From the NCBI RefSeq assembly GCF_964188315.1, contig NC_135656.1, positions 76,818,001 through 76,882,000 of the forward strand: a stretch of DNA of 64,000 nucleotides. The letters run 5' to 3'. The position numbers and the translations under genes were made by a program. Under the pieces are notes generated by a model. That model was given only the letters and a program-made list of their open reading frames with translations. It made no database searches and was not told the origin of the DNA. Origin of the DNA: Podarcis muralis (lineage: Eukaryota). Below are positions 37,801 through 50,700 of this stretch, in pieces; the stretch's first letter is position 1; each line of letters starts with the position of its first letter.

Positions 37801-38794
37801 TTTGATCTCAATGGGCTTTCCTCTAAATAAAGTAACTCTTTTGTAACTTCCTCTGAAAAAAGGGAAATGGTTTAGGATTGCAGCTTTATTAACATAGCTG
37901 TCCAACTCCTTGCCCCAAACCCCATCATTTCTATTCATTGGGATTTTAAAAAAAAGTTCAGGAAGTAAATTTTGTATATAAAATGCATCGCAGTTGACAG
38001 AATGCAAGGATATTGTGCTTTTTATAGTCTTAAGACTAGATTTGTAAAAACTGGATGATCTCATTCATTATAATGAATCCAGTACATTTTGTTTACAGGC
38101 ATTTAATGTCAGAGGGGGGAAACAGACTCAAAAGGTTTTGACATGTAATTACATGACGTCTCATGAAGCATCATGTTCAGCATTTCATATCATTTGAGAA
38201 AACAGATATGATGCAGCACAGCATTTTATAGAAACTCTAAACCAGCCTAAAATAATCACTGCTTGCACTAAGACATGCCGTGGGAGAATAGTGTCCTTGT
38301 CCACAGTACAAACAAAGGGGAAAGGGGAAATGGGGAGGCATGGCTGCAACCCTGAGCAGACTACTGCAACCACGTGGCAATATTTTGTTCCAGGGTCTCA
38401 CTTGTTCTCCTTTCTCCTGATACTCAGGGGTAAATGCCATTGCTTATGTAACCAGAATAGCACTGATCTCAACAAGAGGGAACCCCATGGTTTAGCACCA
38501 TTCATGCAGGCTTTGGGGGGACCCTGTGGGTTGCAGAAGTACAAAAAACAATCATTAGGAAAAAGCCCTAAGGGGGAAACCCCAAAACAGCCCAAGGAGG
38601 ACTAAGTTCAGTGGCCACTGATGCTGAAGAGCTAAACAGAAAACTGGGTGGGAGAGAGAAGGAAAAGAAGAATGCTGGCTGACTTGAACACTAAACAAAA
38701 GTATTCCGTGCTGCAAAACTTAGCTGCAAGGTGTAATTTCTACGATACAAATACAAAACAAGGACAAAAGATACCACAAAACATGGTGTATATT

Positions 38795-39030
38795 TAGAGG
38801 TGAGCAGTAACATGATCAAGTTTTCTGTCAGTACTAAACTGTTCAGGGTCATTAAAACAAAAAGGGACGTTGAAGAACTCCAAAAGGACCTCTCCAGACT
38901 GAGAGAATGGGTGGTAAAATGGCAAATGCAATTCCTGCTTGTAGGCTTCCCTTAGTCATCTGGCTGGTGACTGTGAGAACAGGATTGTGGACTAGAAAGG
39001 CCATTGGCCTGATCCAGCAGGCCTTTTACT
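38795..39030 (+). mobile_element. CR1 RT fragment joined to a CR1 3' end
   Basis: KLFRVIKTKRDVEELQKDLSRLREWVVKWQMQF, then CTGTGAGAACAGGA..GGACTAGA..GGCCTGATCCAGC. Confidence 0.75.
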
Positions 39031-39953
39031 GATTGCCTACTGGCTCTGTTCATCAATAAGAAACTAGCAGAAGAAAATGGCATTGGTGTACTGTAAAGCA
39101 ACAGAGGAATGTTTGAATGGGAATCACTGGCTAAAGTAACGTTGCTGATAAATGTGGTCTAGCTTTTCACTTTAAAACCACAAAACATTTTTATAAAAAT
39201 GTTAATGACTTACAATGTTACTAGCACTACCCTAGAGACATACAGTGTGTTAGCATAAAGTCAAATTTTGCTATCACATTTAATTACGGTGTGCTGGATC
39301 TCCAGTTAAAAAGGAGGTCTTTACAGAAGCACAGAACTTCCAAATAAAAATGTTCTTTAACCTTGACAGACAAGGCAATTAGAACAAGGATTTGTTACTT
39401 GCAAGTATTGCTTTTATATAAAGCTTTCGTTTTCATATACATATTGCAAAAGCATGCAAGTACCAGAAGTAAAATACTGAAATTTAGAAGTGTAATTTGT
39501 GATTCAAAAATAGCTGTCTGGTTAGGTAACCACTGCTTTGTAACAGCAAATGCAGCATAACTAAGACTTTTATGTTTTGTCACCTATTTCACAATTGCTG
39601 TAAGATCCATAAAGTGCTGCAAAACATGAAGGCATTGTGAAGAAGTCCCGAGGGAGAAGCTAAAGAACTGTGACAGCGTTCATCGTTAGAACTTCATTTA
39701 AATATTTCCTCTTTAACGTGCAACATCAAGGGTATGATGTGGCTTTGTTTGGTACATGTAGGTTATTACAGCACACAGAATCCTGCATTACGGTTCCAGC
39801 ACAAGGGCAGCACCAGCTAGTGTGCTACATAAAAATAGTGGCAGCCCAGCATAGGGGTAGACAACTTTCAGCACCAGGGGGAAGCAAGAGAGGTGCTGCA
39901 ACCAACACAGCTGTACATCCATTCAGGGTTCAAATCTGCCCTCAGCCATAAAG

Positions 39954-40399
39954 TGTCAGGAGCTTGTCCTACACTCAAGTAGGACCCTGGTAGAGACACA
40001 TGCCTGACTGGCATGTTCTCTCCCTCCTGGTCAGCTGTTCGGGAGCTTCAAAAGCTTTCTTCAGCCTGAACATCACAGTGACCGATGTCAACAGACATCG
40101 ACACAGGGATCCGCAGAGTCTTCACAGCTTGCGTAACAGACGTCAGCAACTCAGCATTTTGGCTAATCTACTTTATTTACATATAAACACACACGGAGCA
40201 CTGCAACATGGCTCCCTCTCTCTCTAGCATCAGACAGCAAAGAGAGAGAAAAGAACAAAGGACAATAGTCCCACTTCACGGAACACAGTAACACAAACAT
40301 CCTGTCTCCGTCACTTCCCACTCTGTGGCGTCAAAACATACACCGTCATGTGATAGACAAAAATCCAATGACTGCAATCATGGAGCAGGAATTCTAACA
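39954..40399 (-). mobile_element. Solo LTR
   Basis: TG...CA ends, TSD TAAAG at 39949-39953 and 40400-40404, AATAAA-like signal on the minus strand. Confidence 0.85.
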
Positions 40400-40879
40400 T
40401 AAAGCTCCCTGCGTGACCTTGGGCTAGTCTCTGCCTCTCAGGCTCACCTACAGGCATGCCGCCATTCCTCAGTTCAAACCATGCTCAAAGCAACTTACAG
40501 CATGAAAAAAGACATTAACTACAGCAGAAGAAAAGTAGTCATAAACAAAAATTTAAACATTTAAAAATACAAAACCAAACTGAACAATTTCCACGTAAAT
40601 CACAGCAAAATAAGATACCAAAAAACCCAACAGCAACACCCCACCCCCAACAAAACCCCAGCCCAATAGTCTATTCAACACCCTCAGCTCTTGTAGCTGG
40701 AGTCAGTCAGGGCCTTGCCGTCCCCCGACAAGTTGAAAATGCAGGGAGCAGGTCTTCCAGAAATCACAGCCAAGGTGGTCTCTGGCCTCTCCAGCTACCT
40801 CAGCTTTTGTAGCGAGAATCAGCCAGGGCTCCCAGGCCAGATGGAAAAGGGCAGCCAAGATGGTTTATGGCCTCTTCAG

Positions 40880-41005
40880 TAGCCTCAGCCTAACTTACCC
40901 CCTACCAGGGTGGCTGTGGGGATTAAATGAGAAGGGGGAGAACCATGTATGCCAGTTTCAGTTTCTTGGAGAAAAAGGTGGGATATGAATGCAGTAAATA
41001 AATGA
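40880..41005 (+). mobile_element. CORE/MIR-like SINE tail
   Basis: CCTACCAGGGTGGCTGTGGGGATTAAATGAG...AAATAAAT; a possible head remnant lies at 40405-40445. Confidence 0.5.
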
Positions 41006-42226
41006 TTATGCTTGCATAGTAATGGCTGTGACACACATGCCTCCAACACTGCCTCCTGCTGCCTAAACAATAAGGATATACAGTCCCATCCTTCTAGCTC
41101 CACGTTTTGACTACTGTCAGTTTCATGGAGCCGATCGTTTCTCTGGCTGCCACTCCAGAAGGACACAACTGTTACCCTTGTGGTGGAATTCAGGATGAAC
41201 TCTTTAGCTGGGGTTTCCCACATCTGAAGCCGACTGTCTTTCTTCAGTCTCCCAGCCCTACATGATTCCTGGTACAAGATCTGTTGCCTCTAATTCCTGA
41301 CCACCAACAATTATCCCACTGCTTTCCATTTACAGGCAAGAGGCTTAAGGGGTGATATCCAACAAATAAACAAATTATTGCAACCACAAGAAGTGAACAT
41401 CTGCTTAGTTTGGGTTCAATGGAAGTGCAGGGTAAACTAGTGGCCTTTCTCAACCCAAAACCTTGAGGTTGGAGGACAATAGGTGTGAGCAAAAGCCTTT
41501 TGTTGTCTTTCTAAGCTTGCCAGCCAATCCTTCCCTGTGTTTAGGATCTCCTGATGGGGATCTTAGCTACATTCTGCTCACCTCTTGCCCACATAAACAA
41601 AATGCAATGAGAAGTATTTGGAACCAACAAAAGGATGCAGGATACAAGGAGTAATTAGATACATCTGTTGAGAGCTTTCCTCTCTTTTGTGAGTGATAAA
41701 TAGGAAAACTCCACTTGCCATTTGCAAAGCTGCAGTGCTCTTTCCGTTTTTAATTTTGCCAAGTGAACTTAGAAATTAGAGATTATTGTAGGAACCGACA
41801 CTTAATGAGTGAGCATCATTTAGAATATTCAGCGTTCCCTTACCGCCATCCAGTTTCCAAGCCCTAAAAAAATAATAATATTAAAATGCCACTAATAGGT
41901 TCCAGAAATATGTAGGATTGGATGCAAAAACAATAGACCTAGGTTACAGCTGTTCCTGCAGCTGCCATAAGCCTCAAATACCCCAGCCATGACAGTGATT
42001 GATAGCCAAATTACAGTGCCACTACATTTTTGTGTCAGACTAATTATTACACAATGCATCAGTTGCTCCAGGGAATTTCTCTCATTTAGCTGTACCCGAG
42101 ATGAATTCCCACTCTCCTCTAGAATAATGTTGAATAAATTAGTGTGTGCAACTCCTTGCCTACGTATGTGTGTGCATGTTCATATACATGCCTGTGGAAT
42201 AGTTTCTGGATGAGCCACAAACTATT

Positions 42227-42739
42227 GTTGCTGTTGTTGTTTAGTCGTTTAGTCGTGTCCAACTCTTTGTGACCCCATGGACCAGAGCACGCCAGGCACT
42301 CCTGTCTTCCACTGCCTCCTGCAGTTTGGTCAAACTCATGCTGGTAGCTTCGAGAACACTGTCCAACCATCTCATCCTCTGTTGTCCCCTTCTCCTTGTG
42401 CCCTCCATCTTTCCCAACATCAGGGTCTTTTCCAGGGAGTCTTCTCTTCTCATGAGGTGGCCAAAGTATTGGAGCCTCAGCTTCACGATCTGTCCTTCCA
42501 GTGAGCACTCAGGGCTGATTTCCTTAAGAATGGATGCGTTTGATCTTCTTGCAGTCCATGGGACTCTCAAGAGTCTTCTCCAGCACCATAATTCAAAAGC
42601 ATCAATTCTTCGGCGGTCAGCCTTCTTTATGGTCCAGCTCTCACTTCCATACATCACTACTGGGAAAACCATAGCTTTAACTATACGGACCTTTGTTGGC
42701 AAGGTGATGTCTCTGCTTTTTAAGATGCTGTCTAGGTTT
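42227..42739 (-). mobile_element. Bov-B (RTE) LINE, 5'-truncated
   Basis: Uninterrupted ORF2 C-terminus NLDSILKSRDITLPTKV...WRALVHGVTKSWTRLND, (CAA)n-type tail, 13-bp TSD GCCACAAACTATT at 42214-42226 and 42740-42752. Confidence 0.95.
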
Positions 42740-42769
42740 GCCACAAACTATTAGAAAACAGAATTTTTA

Positions 42770-42978
42770 AAGACTGTAAGACGAGTCTGCTGAATCAGGC
42801 CAATGGCCCATCTAGGCCAGCATCCTGTTCTCATAGTGGTCAACCAGACGCCTGTGGGAAGCCCGAAAGCAGGTCCTAAACGCAACAGCACTCTCCTCTC
42901 CTAGGACTCCCACAATTGGTATTCAGAGACATCCTGCCTTTGACAGTGGAGGTAGAACACAGCCATCATGGCTTGTAG
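42770..42978 (-). mobile_element. CR1-type 3' end
   Basis: Reverse complement of the CTATGAGAACAGGATGCTGGCCTAGATGGGCCATTGGCCTGATTCAGCAG tail; a similar plus-strand copy is at ~52080-52170. Confidence 0.7.
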
Positions 42979-43971
42979 CCTCAAAAAATAAATAAATCCA
43001 GAAGCATACCATTTTGGGAGTGTACTTGAACAATCGTGGAGCAATGGTTCTGTATTGTAAGTTCCAAATATGTCCAACTTTTAAGAAGGATTTTGTTAAC
43101 AAAGTATCCCAGATATCCCTTGGGCACAAAACTGTTCTGCGTCATAGCCTTACGTTTCTCTTCATACAGCAAATTACCATGCTTAATGCTTCTTATTAAT
43201 TACATAAGAAGGCAAATTCTGCTCTCATGCATGCTAAAGTAAGATTGCTAACTTTGCCAGCGTTTCTGTGAATTCATAAGCTCGGAAGAATCTGTCCCAG
43301 GAAGGGGAAAGCTTCTGCTATAATCTCTTCATTCATTGTATGCCTGAGGGTCTAATGATAACACTTGAAACGTAGTGCATAATAGCTTCAAAATACAGTC
43401 TGAAATGAGCCGCTAATCCTTAGCAAAGCTTTGTGAGTAAACAGGTTCTATGGACAGAGCGAATAATAACGCCTATATAGTTAAATGGCTCCATTTTCTT
43501 GCTTCGCTCTCTGACACTTTTCCTAAATTGTGCGCTTGGGAATAGCTTGTTTGTTTGTTTGTTTGGTAGTGGTGAGTAAAACCTACAATGAAGAGTGGGT
43601 ATTTTTAGTATAAACCACTATGTTTCTGAAAATAAAGAAAACTAAAGCAAAAAAAAAATCAGGGTAGGGCCAAAAAGTAGAAATCTGAAACATGGCCTTG
43701 CTATGTCACCATTTCTACCTGTTCACTCTGTGAAGAGTATGTTAATATTGTGCAGAAAGTGCACTGGTGGAAGTTACAAAAGTATAAGACTGGGACAATA
43801 GCTAATTACAACATTTCTATTAAATGATGGGCTTAAAACAGGATTAAATCAAACCCCCCGTAAACGAGACACATCGACTCATGCTGGTACATGAACCAAG
43901 GGTTCTTAGAGATATGAGCTTCCTTTTGCTATAAAGGTGTCTTCCAGTGAAATCCTATCCTAGATGATGGT

Positions 43972-44165
43972 CATAGGAGCAAACTCCTAGGGCCTGAGGG
44001 GGCTTCACCTCCCCCCTCAATAATATATTTGAGAGGGCTAGTGTTCCCTAAAGTTGATGGGCATTGCCATTCAAATGGTGTGTGTGCACCGCATCATGTG
44101 ATCAATTATGTGGAGTGGGGCTTACCTGATCACCCCCAATATTTTATTCAAGTTGGCACCCCTGA
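43972..44165 (+). mobile_element. Non-autonomous DNA element, copy 1
   Basis: Similar throughout to 62822-63012 (CATAGGAGC.AACTCCTAGGG...TATTTTATTCAAGTTGGC.CCCCTGATG). Confidence 0.7.
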
Positions 44166-45077
44166 TGATGGTACCTCTTCAAGGTGCTCAACCTGTGGGG
44201 TGTCTGGTTCATCCTTAGAGGTGTCTGGTCAGGGCTAGGTATGGCGACAGCAGAGGGTGGTGAGAAAACCAGGTTTGACACATCAAATTGAAATTAAAGG
44301 GAATAAGTGTGCTGTTTTGTTTTGCTGTTTTGTTTAAGATTGCTGGACATCAGGTTCTAAATTATTTTTTATAAAGATAGAACACTGCTATACACTTTGG
44401 AGCAGTTTCCTTCTGCTCAGTCACCAAGATCTGCCAACCAGTTTCAGCCATTTCTTCTGACTAGCAACATTTGCTCTCCAGTCCTTAAGGATATGGTGAA
44501 CTGTTACCACAAGCAGCTGTTCCATACTCACTGTGGGCGAGGCCCTTTGTCCTGTGGCACAGCAGCTCCAAGATGGTGGAGGAGGAGGAATTCCTGTCCT
44601 TCCTACTTCTCAGAACCCATCAAAAGGAACCTTGGCTGCCAGGCAAACAAACATCCATGTACAACCATTGCCTGGTTGTGCCATCATTGGAAGGCTGCTT
44701 GGGCAAGGTAGATGTAATCTGATGACAAGTTAGCAAAGCTGTGGCACACTTTGTGGTTTTCTGGGTTGGCCTAGTGATCTGTCACTCCCTAATCAGGCGT
44801 GACCCTGCAGACCTTTTCCTTCAGGTAGAGTCTACCTGTGTAAAATGAGCAACAAAGCCTGGGTGGCAGCCTGTGCTGTGACCTCTTAGTTTGCTTGCAG
44901 TTGTACATGGGGTTGATGGGATTTAGGCTGCTTCACTTCCCTCTCTTGTGACAGAAATGACATTGGGCAGAATCAAAACAGACCCTCACCCCTGACTTGC
45001 CCAGTGGGATGATGAGGATTAAAATTTGTATACCCCCCTATACCCATAGATCTCAAGGCAGCTCACAACATAAAATG

Positions 45078-45300
45078 GGATCCTGGATGCCTGGCCTGCC
45101 CCACACCAGGGTCCAGACTGGCCAACTCCCCAGGGTGCTGGGTGCCTCCCAACCATTCCTGCCGCAAGGGCTGATTGGAATGATGAGCCAGTCCTTATCC
45201 TGCTGCCATGCCAACCCCAGTTACCTGCTGTCCAATCAATAAAGCTGTGGTCTTGTTACACCCGGCACTGTTGCCTATGGTGACTTATTTCCACCTCTCC
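45078..45300 (+). mobile_element. LTR-like R/U5 fragment
   Basis: GATTGG, AATAAAGCTGTGG and GTGACTTATTTCCAC motifs in an LTR-like order. Boundaries uncertain. Confidence 0.35.
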
Positions 45301-46423
45301 CACAAACTGCATATCTGTGACTGCTGGACAACAGGGCTACTCTGTAAGCTGCTTCAATAATATGTAAGTGCTAAAAAATTAAGATGCAAGGCAGGAATCT
45401 AAGCCCTTGCCTCCCAGCCCACCCCGTTTTGTCATTTAAAGGATGCTCTTTTCTCAGTAAGGAATGGTGCAATAAATTGCAAGAGAAAAACCAGGATCAA
45501 TGAGTGGCCAAAATAAAAAATCATTGCTAACTGGAATTTGAAACAACTGCACTTCAGCTTAGCTTTGCATGCAAAACAGTTAACGATTTACTGCAATGCA
45601 TTGTCATCTCAATTCATGTACAATAACTGGGCTGATTTCATGGCAACAGATTTCTACCAGGGCTATACTTATTTTCATTCTCTTCTGAAATGTTCTGCAC
45701 ATGAGCAGATATGAGTGAACCAGTCTCTTTAAAGGGTGGCATTAGCTGCTCAGCCAGAGAACACTTTCCCCTTGCTCTTCATTTCTCCCCCTCTTCTTTT
45801 CTGTTTTGCTAGGCCTAGTAGTACCCACTAATATGCCTGAAGCCACATCAGTCCGGTCAAATGAAATGTTCCATTTCAGCATGACACGTGCTCTTGAAGC
45901 TTCAAGAGTCACCGCTTCCTTTATTCTAGAGATATTGTTGAAACATGCAGATGCCTGCAAGTTATTTGCAGGAGGGCACCAGCAAACCCTCCCCACTACC
46001 AAAAATATCCTCTGTTGGGAATCGGGTATGGAAAATGTCTCCCTCCTCACCGTATGCCCTAGCCGGGCCAAGGGAAGTAGCCCTTCCAGCCCCACCAGCC
46101 AGCTGAGAATTTGTGTTTGCACTCTACGGGGATAATTCTTGCCAGTAAGATAGCAGAACCCATGTCCAGATTCTTCTAGTACCACAATATACTTCTGCAA
46201 GAGTTGGGGTTCTTTACCGTAAGTAGAGAAAATCCCTTGCCCCGTTCTGCTGTCCCCCTCCCCACCCCACCCACAGTTAAACTCAATGGATGGACAAACC
46301 ACTTTGCAAATATATAGAAGGGAAGAATTGTGAACTCCCTGCGAAATTTGTAAGGTAGGAACAGGAGGACAAACTGTGGACAGGAAGGAAGATGCTTACA
46401 CAGATAGAACAGTTACCTTAGTG

Positions 46424-46559
46424 CAGGCTTCCTCAACCTCGACCCTCCAGATGTTTTTGGCCTACAACTCCCATGATCCCTAGCTAGCAGGACCAGTGGT
46501 CAGGGATGATGGGAATTGTAGTCTCAAAACATCTGGAGGGCCGAGGTTGAGGAAGCCTG
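46424..46559. mobile_element. Palindromic hAT MITE
   Basis: TIR CAGGCTTCCTCAACCTCG, 8-bp TSD CCTTAGTG. Degenerate relatives at ~1625-1710, ~25660-25750, ~29455-29565 and ~61025-61140. Confidence 0.9.
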
Positions 46560-46661
46560 CCTTAGTGCTACACTGAAAACAGCCCACTGAAAGCACACCA
46601 TTTTGACTGGCCTAATGAAGGTGTTGCTCTACAATGGATTTTGTAAAATAAACAAATAAAT

Positions 46662-47150
46662 ATGGATCAGCTACCTGCAATTTTTATATTACATCTGGCC
46701 CACTCTGGACAACTGGAAACAACAGAACATGCCTTTTTTCACTGCCAGTACTATACAGATATACGAGCTAGGTTCATCTTACCTATACTGTACTACATGA
46801 ATTTCCAGGTTGCACAGAACAACTTTATACCTCCCTGCTACTTCAAGATGAAAACCCAGATGTTACATACTCAGTTGCTAGATTTTGCGCTACCGTGATG
46901 GATATTTGTCGAAGGATAGTTTGCCCCACAAACTAGGCCCAAAATGCAAGGCCTGTACTCCTTCACACTCCCTCCCTTATAGTCGCTTTTAACCGTTTGT
47001 CCTTGATTCTAACTTTTAAAGTTATGTATGCTATAATTACCTTTTAACTACTAGTTTTTATCCCTTACCTGTTTTAAGTCATGTGTTGTTTATCTGTATG
47101 TTTTATCTTATGCTGGTCTGTGACTGAAATAAAGTTTGATACTGATACTA
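46662..47150 (+). mobile_element. Non-LTR retrotransposon 3' end (RTE-X-like)
   Basis: GQLETTEHAFFHCQYYTDIRARFI Cys/His motif, then GGTCTGTGACTGAAATAAAG and a (GATACT)n tail. Confidence 0.55.
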
Positions 47151-47155
47151 TATTA

Positions 47156-47381
47156 CAGTGGTACCTCAAGTTAAGAACTTAATTCGTTCTGGAGATCCGT
47201 TCTTAAGCTGAAACTGTTCTTAACCTGAGGTACCACTTTAGCTAATGGGGCCTCCCACTGCCGCCGCACCACCGCCACGCAATATCTGTTCTCATCCTGA
47301 AGCAAAGTTCTTAACCCGAGGTACTATTTCTGGGTTAGTGGAGTCTGTAACCTGAAGCGTCTGTAACCCAAGGTACCAGTG
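47156..47381 (+). mobile_element. Tigger/pogo-like MITE, family A
   Basis: TIRs and TA TSD. Confidence 0.9.
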
Positions 47382-47402
47382 TACAGTACATCTATGTATC
47401 TC

Positions 47403-47765
47403 TGTTACCTCTTAGGCAGGCCACTTCCTCTCTATGTTAGAAAAACACTGGGGCCTAATTTGAATAGTAGACTGTCTGGCATCTGGTGGGCTCTGGAATT
47501 GTGTTGTGCTCTGGAATTGGCTCCTCCCTTCGGTTGTTCAGTTAAGTTCAGTTGGAGAGGCCAACTGTCATTCTAGCTTCATTCTTGCCTCAAGATGTTG
47601 TTTTAGTTTCTCTCAGACAGGATGTTATTGTGTTACAATTTTATTATTATTAAAGCTTTGTTTAACATGCGTGAACCGCTTACTTTGCTGAAAGAAAAGA
47701 AACTCTGCTGAAGAATGGTGGAATATCCTAAACTGGGTGAGTGAGGGGATATTCCCAGTCTGACA
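47403..47765 (+). mobile_element. LTR-like relic
   Basis: TGTTAC...CTGACA ends, shares TTCAGTTAAGTT with 25941-26280, ATTAAA signal. No TSD. Confidence 0.35.
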
Positions 47766-47937
47766 GGGGGGTTGATTTTTATTTTTATTTTAATCACCCG
47801 ACCCTCCACAACACTCTGGAGTCCATTTTACTCAAGCGTGTGTGCCTTTATTCCAAAAGAGAACTTATATTGTTCACTTGCAAAGTTTTATCAACTACAG
47901 TGGTTCGCTACTTTAAAATGATTTGGGTCATTCTATT

Positions 47938-47940
<3 letters not shown>

Positions 47941-47968
<28 letters not shown>
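47941..47968. repeat. (TG)n microsatellite
   Basis: Read directly from the sequence. Confidence 0.95.
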
Positions 47969-47971
<3 letters not shown>

Positions 47972-50119
47972 ACGTTCATTTCCTTATAACCACATTTGTT
48001 GAAGAGGGCCACCTCCCATGTGCACTTCTTGCACTGTTTTTGCTCTTGACAAGCTGTGTCAGGTTACACCATAACGCCACATCATTTTACTTATTGCATT
48101 GTGCCTAGTGCAGCCTAATGCTATTTGACACAGTACGCAGGATAGCTGCAAACAAACACATTTTTCTGTCAGCTGTCTTCTGTTTTGAAGAGGAAGAGGC
48201 CAAATCAAAGCTATTTTAACACTATAGTGGATAACGGTTAGAAGGAAGTGTGGCAGAAGAAGTAGGGTTTCATATGAAAAGTTTTCAAGGGGAAAGGAAA
48301 TAGGTCAGGGGGCAGGATCGTTGGGCACCTGCCAAAGCAGAGGGTTCCCCTGGGTCCGTTCCTCCTTCTACTTGTGGTCACTTCCTGTTCACCTGTCACC
48401 TCTAAGCAAGAGAGCCGTGAAGAAAGGAGGAAGCAGAGCACTCACTCACCTTGATCCCTCGCTTTGGCCAGATGTACAAAAGAAGAGGGGGGCTGATAAC
48501 ATTTTGCTCAATGGCCCGTTAAAACCAGTGCTAGAGCAGATTAGTGTTCTGGGGTGAGCAACTTATATCTGAAGAACATTGAACCCTGTAAACTCTAGCC
48601 TCCTGTGGAGCACTGTCCTTTTTTGGCTCTTAGAAGCTACCACAGAAGACAGAGAGGTACTCTCTGAGGAGACTCTGGGAGAGTTGTTCCATAGTTCTGT
48701 TTCTATCTCACCCTACCACAGTGATTGTTGGTAGGGAAGGTAATGTGTACACACACACACAAATATTTTTGAAAATTGAAAGAACCTCAGCCAAATATTT
48801 TTGGACCTCGTAACCTGACTGTGCTCTTAATTTTACTTTTGTGTTCAATAGCCTTTGCTGTGTATTAGTGTTTCCTGTTCTTCATGCAGTGCCCATCTGA
48901 AAACAACACTGGTCTTGGTGCCTTGTGTTATAGTTGATTCCCTGATTACACCCATATCCTTTTCCACTCCACCTAAGAAATAGCAGCTGATAGGCTCCTG
49001 AGTTCATTTGAAACACTATTCAAAAACTATATCGTTCAAGCAAGACTGATTATAACATGTCCGGAAAGGCAAAACTGTCCGTTCGGATCAAATCAGCACT
49101 CAGGGGATTTGTTGCTAAGATTTATTTGAAGAATGTGCCAAGAATTAAGAAAGTGTATCGGCAGAACTTCCTCCTTCATCCTGGAACTATAAACCCCCAT
49201 TTATGTGTGACCTAATTTATAGTCGTCCATAGTTCATACAGGCCGTGTTTCCTGTATTTCTGCTTTGGAGATCAACTGAGGCAACACTGTTAGGTGACTG
49301 GAAATATCAAGACAACAACCCTGTGTGCCTATTGGCTGTATCCAAAATAAACAAGGAACAAAAAAGGCAGAAAATAAACACCAGACAAAAAAGAACCCCC
49401 ATGGGGATAAAAACAAGTTCTATCCAGCTGATCACGTTCACTAACCACAAAGGTTCAAGGTCTACTATGTGCATATTGCTATTTGGCCTAGATTCTACTA
49501 CATTTTAAACAACAATTTCAAAAACCTACAAGAAACCTGGCAAACTATTCAAATATTACTTTTGCCAAGAGCAATAGGTAATAACACAAAATCTGAAGTT
49601 TGTGATAATCAGTGACATTCAGTTCAAATGAAAGCTGCTCTGCAGATTGGCTCTGGTATCTTTACAGATTCCCATTTTCACAGGGATTAATGTACCCTTG
49701 CAGGCCTTACTTATATTTAGAACTGAAAACTGAGACTCTCACAATGCAGCACTGTCAGTGTGAGCTCAGAAGCCCTACTGAGTTCAGTGGGATTTACTCC
49801 TAGGTAAGTGTACATCCAGTTGCAATCTCAGGCTCCAAAGAAGTGCCTATGAATCCAATTTAGGACATTTTTGAGCAGACACCAGTGATATTTTCTCTCT
49901 ATTTTTATTACTTCCCCTTGTATTTATATTATGCCTTTCTTCGATCATAGGACCCAAAACAGTATACATATGCTTCCCAGGTGGTCACCCATCCAGGCAC
50001 TAACCAATGTTTCAGCAAGCAATGGCCTCATTTGTTTTAGACCAGAACCAGGAATCAGGCCCAACCCCCAACCTGCTTTTTCACTTTGGGCAAGTAAATG
50101 CTTTTAGGTTTCCATGGGG

Positions 50120-50700
50120 CCACAGTCATCTCTGGATACAAACCATGTAAGGAGGATAGGAAAGGGTTTAATGGAGGCGGTGTTACTCTGTACACCAAAG
50201 AGGACATAAAGTCCAGCCAACTAGAAATCCCCAAAGGGGCAGACTCCTTCATGGTACAGGTGTGATGGTACAGTGGTACCTCAGGTTACATATGCTTCAG
50301 ATTACATACGCTTCAGGTTACAGACTCCGCTAACCCAGAAATAGTTCTTCAGGTTAATAACTTTGCTTCAGGATGAGAACAGAAATTGTGCTCCGGCAGC
50401 GCGGCGGCAGCGGGAGGCCCCATTAGCTAAAGTGGTACTTCAGGTTAAGAACAGTTTCAGGTTAAGTACAGACTTCCGGAACGAATTAAGTACTTAACCT
50501 GAGGTACCACTGTACTGGGCTGAAAGAATAATTTAGTACTGGAGATGTACTATTGCCCACTGACCAAAATGCCCAGGGTGATCTTCCCAGGGTAATCTTC
50601 CCAGGGTGAGATGGAAAATTAAATCAAGAAGGCATCCAAAGGAAGAAATGTAGTTGTAGTGGGTGACATCAATTTCCCTTACATATATTGGATAAATAGA
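50120..50700 (+). mobile_element. CR1 ORF2 endonuclease relic split by a MITE
   Basis: ISGYKPCKEDRKGFNGGGVTLYTKE before the MITE and VVVVGDINFPYIYW after it. Confidence 0.8.
50271..50512 (-). mobile_element. Tigger/pogo-like MITE, family A, nested in a CR1 endonuclease relic
   Basis: TIRs and TA TSD; CR1 coding relic continues on both sides. Confidence 0.9.

Noticed and set aside
45742-46302. 186-aa minus ORF overlapping a 109-aa plus ORF
   Set aside because: Neither has recognisable motifs. Kept only as possible chance ORFs pending tBLASTn.
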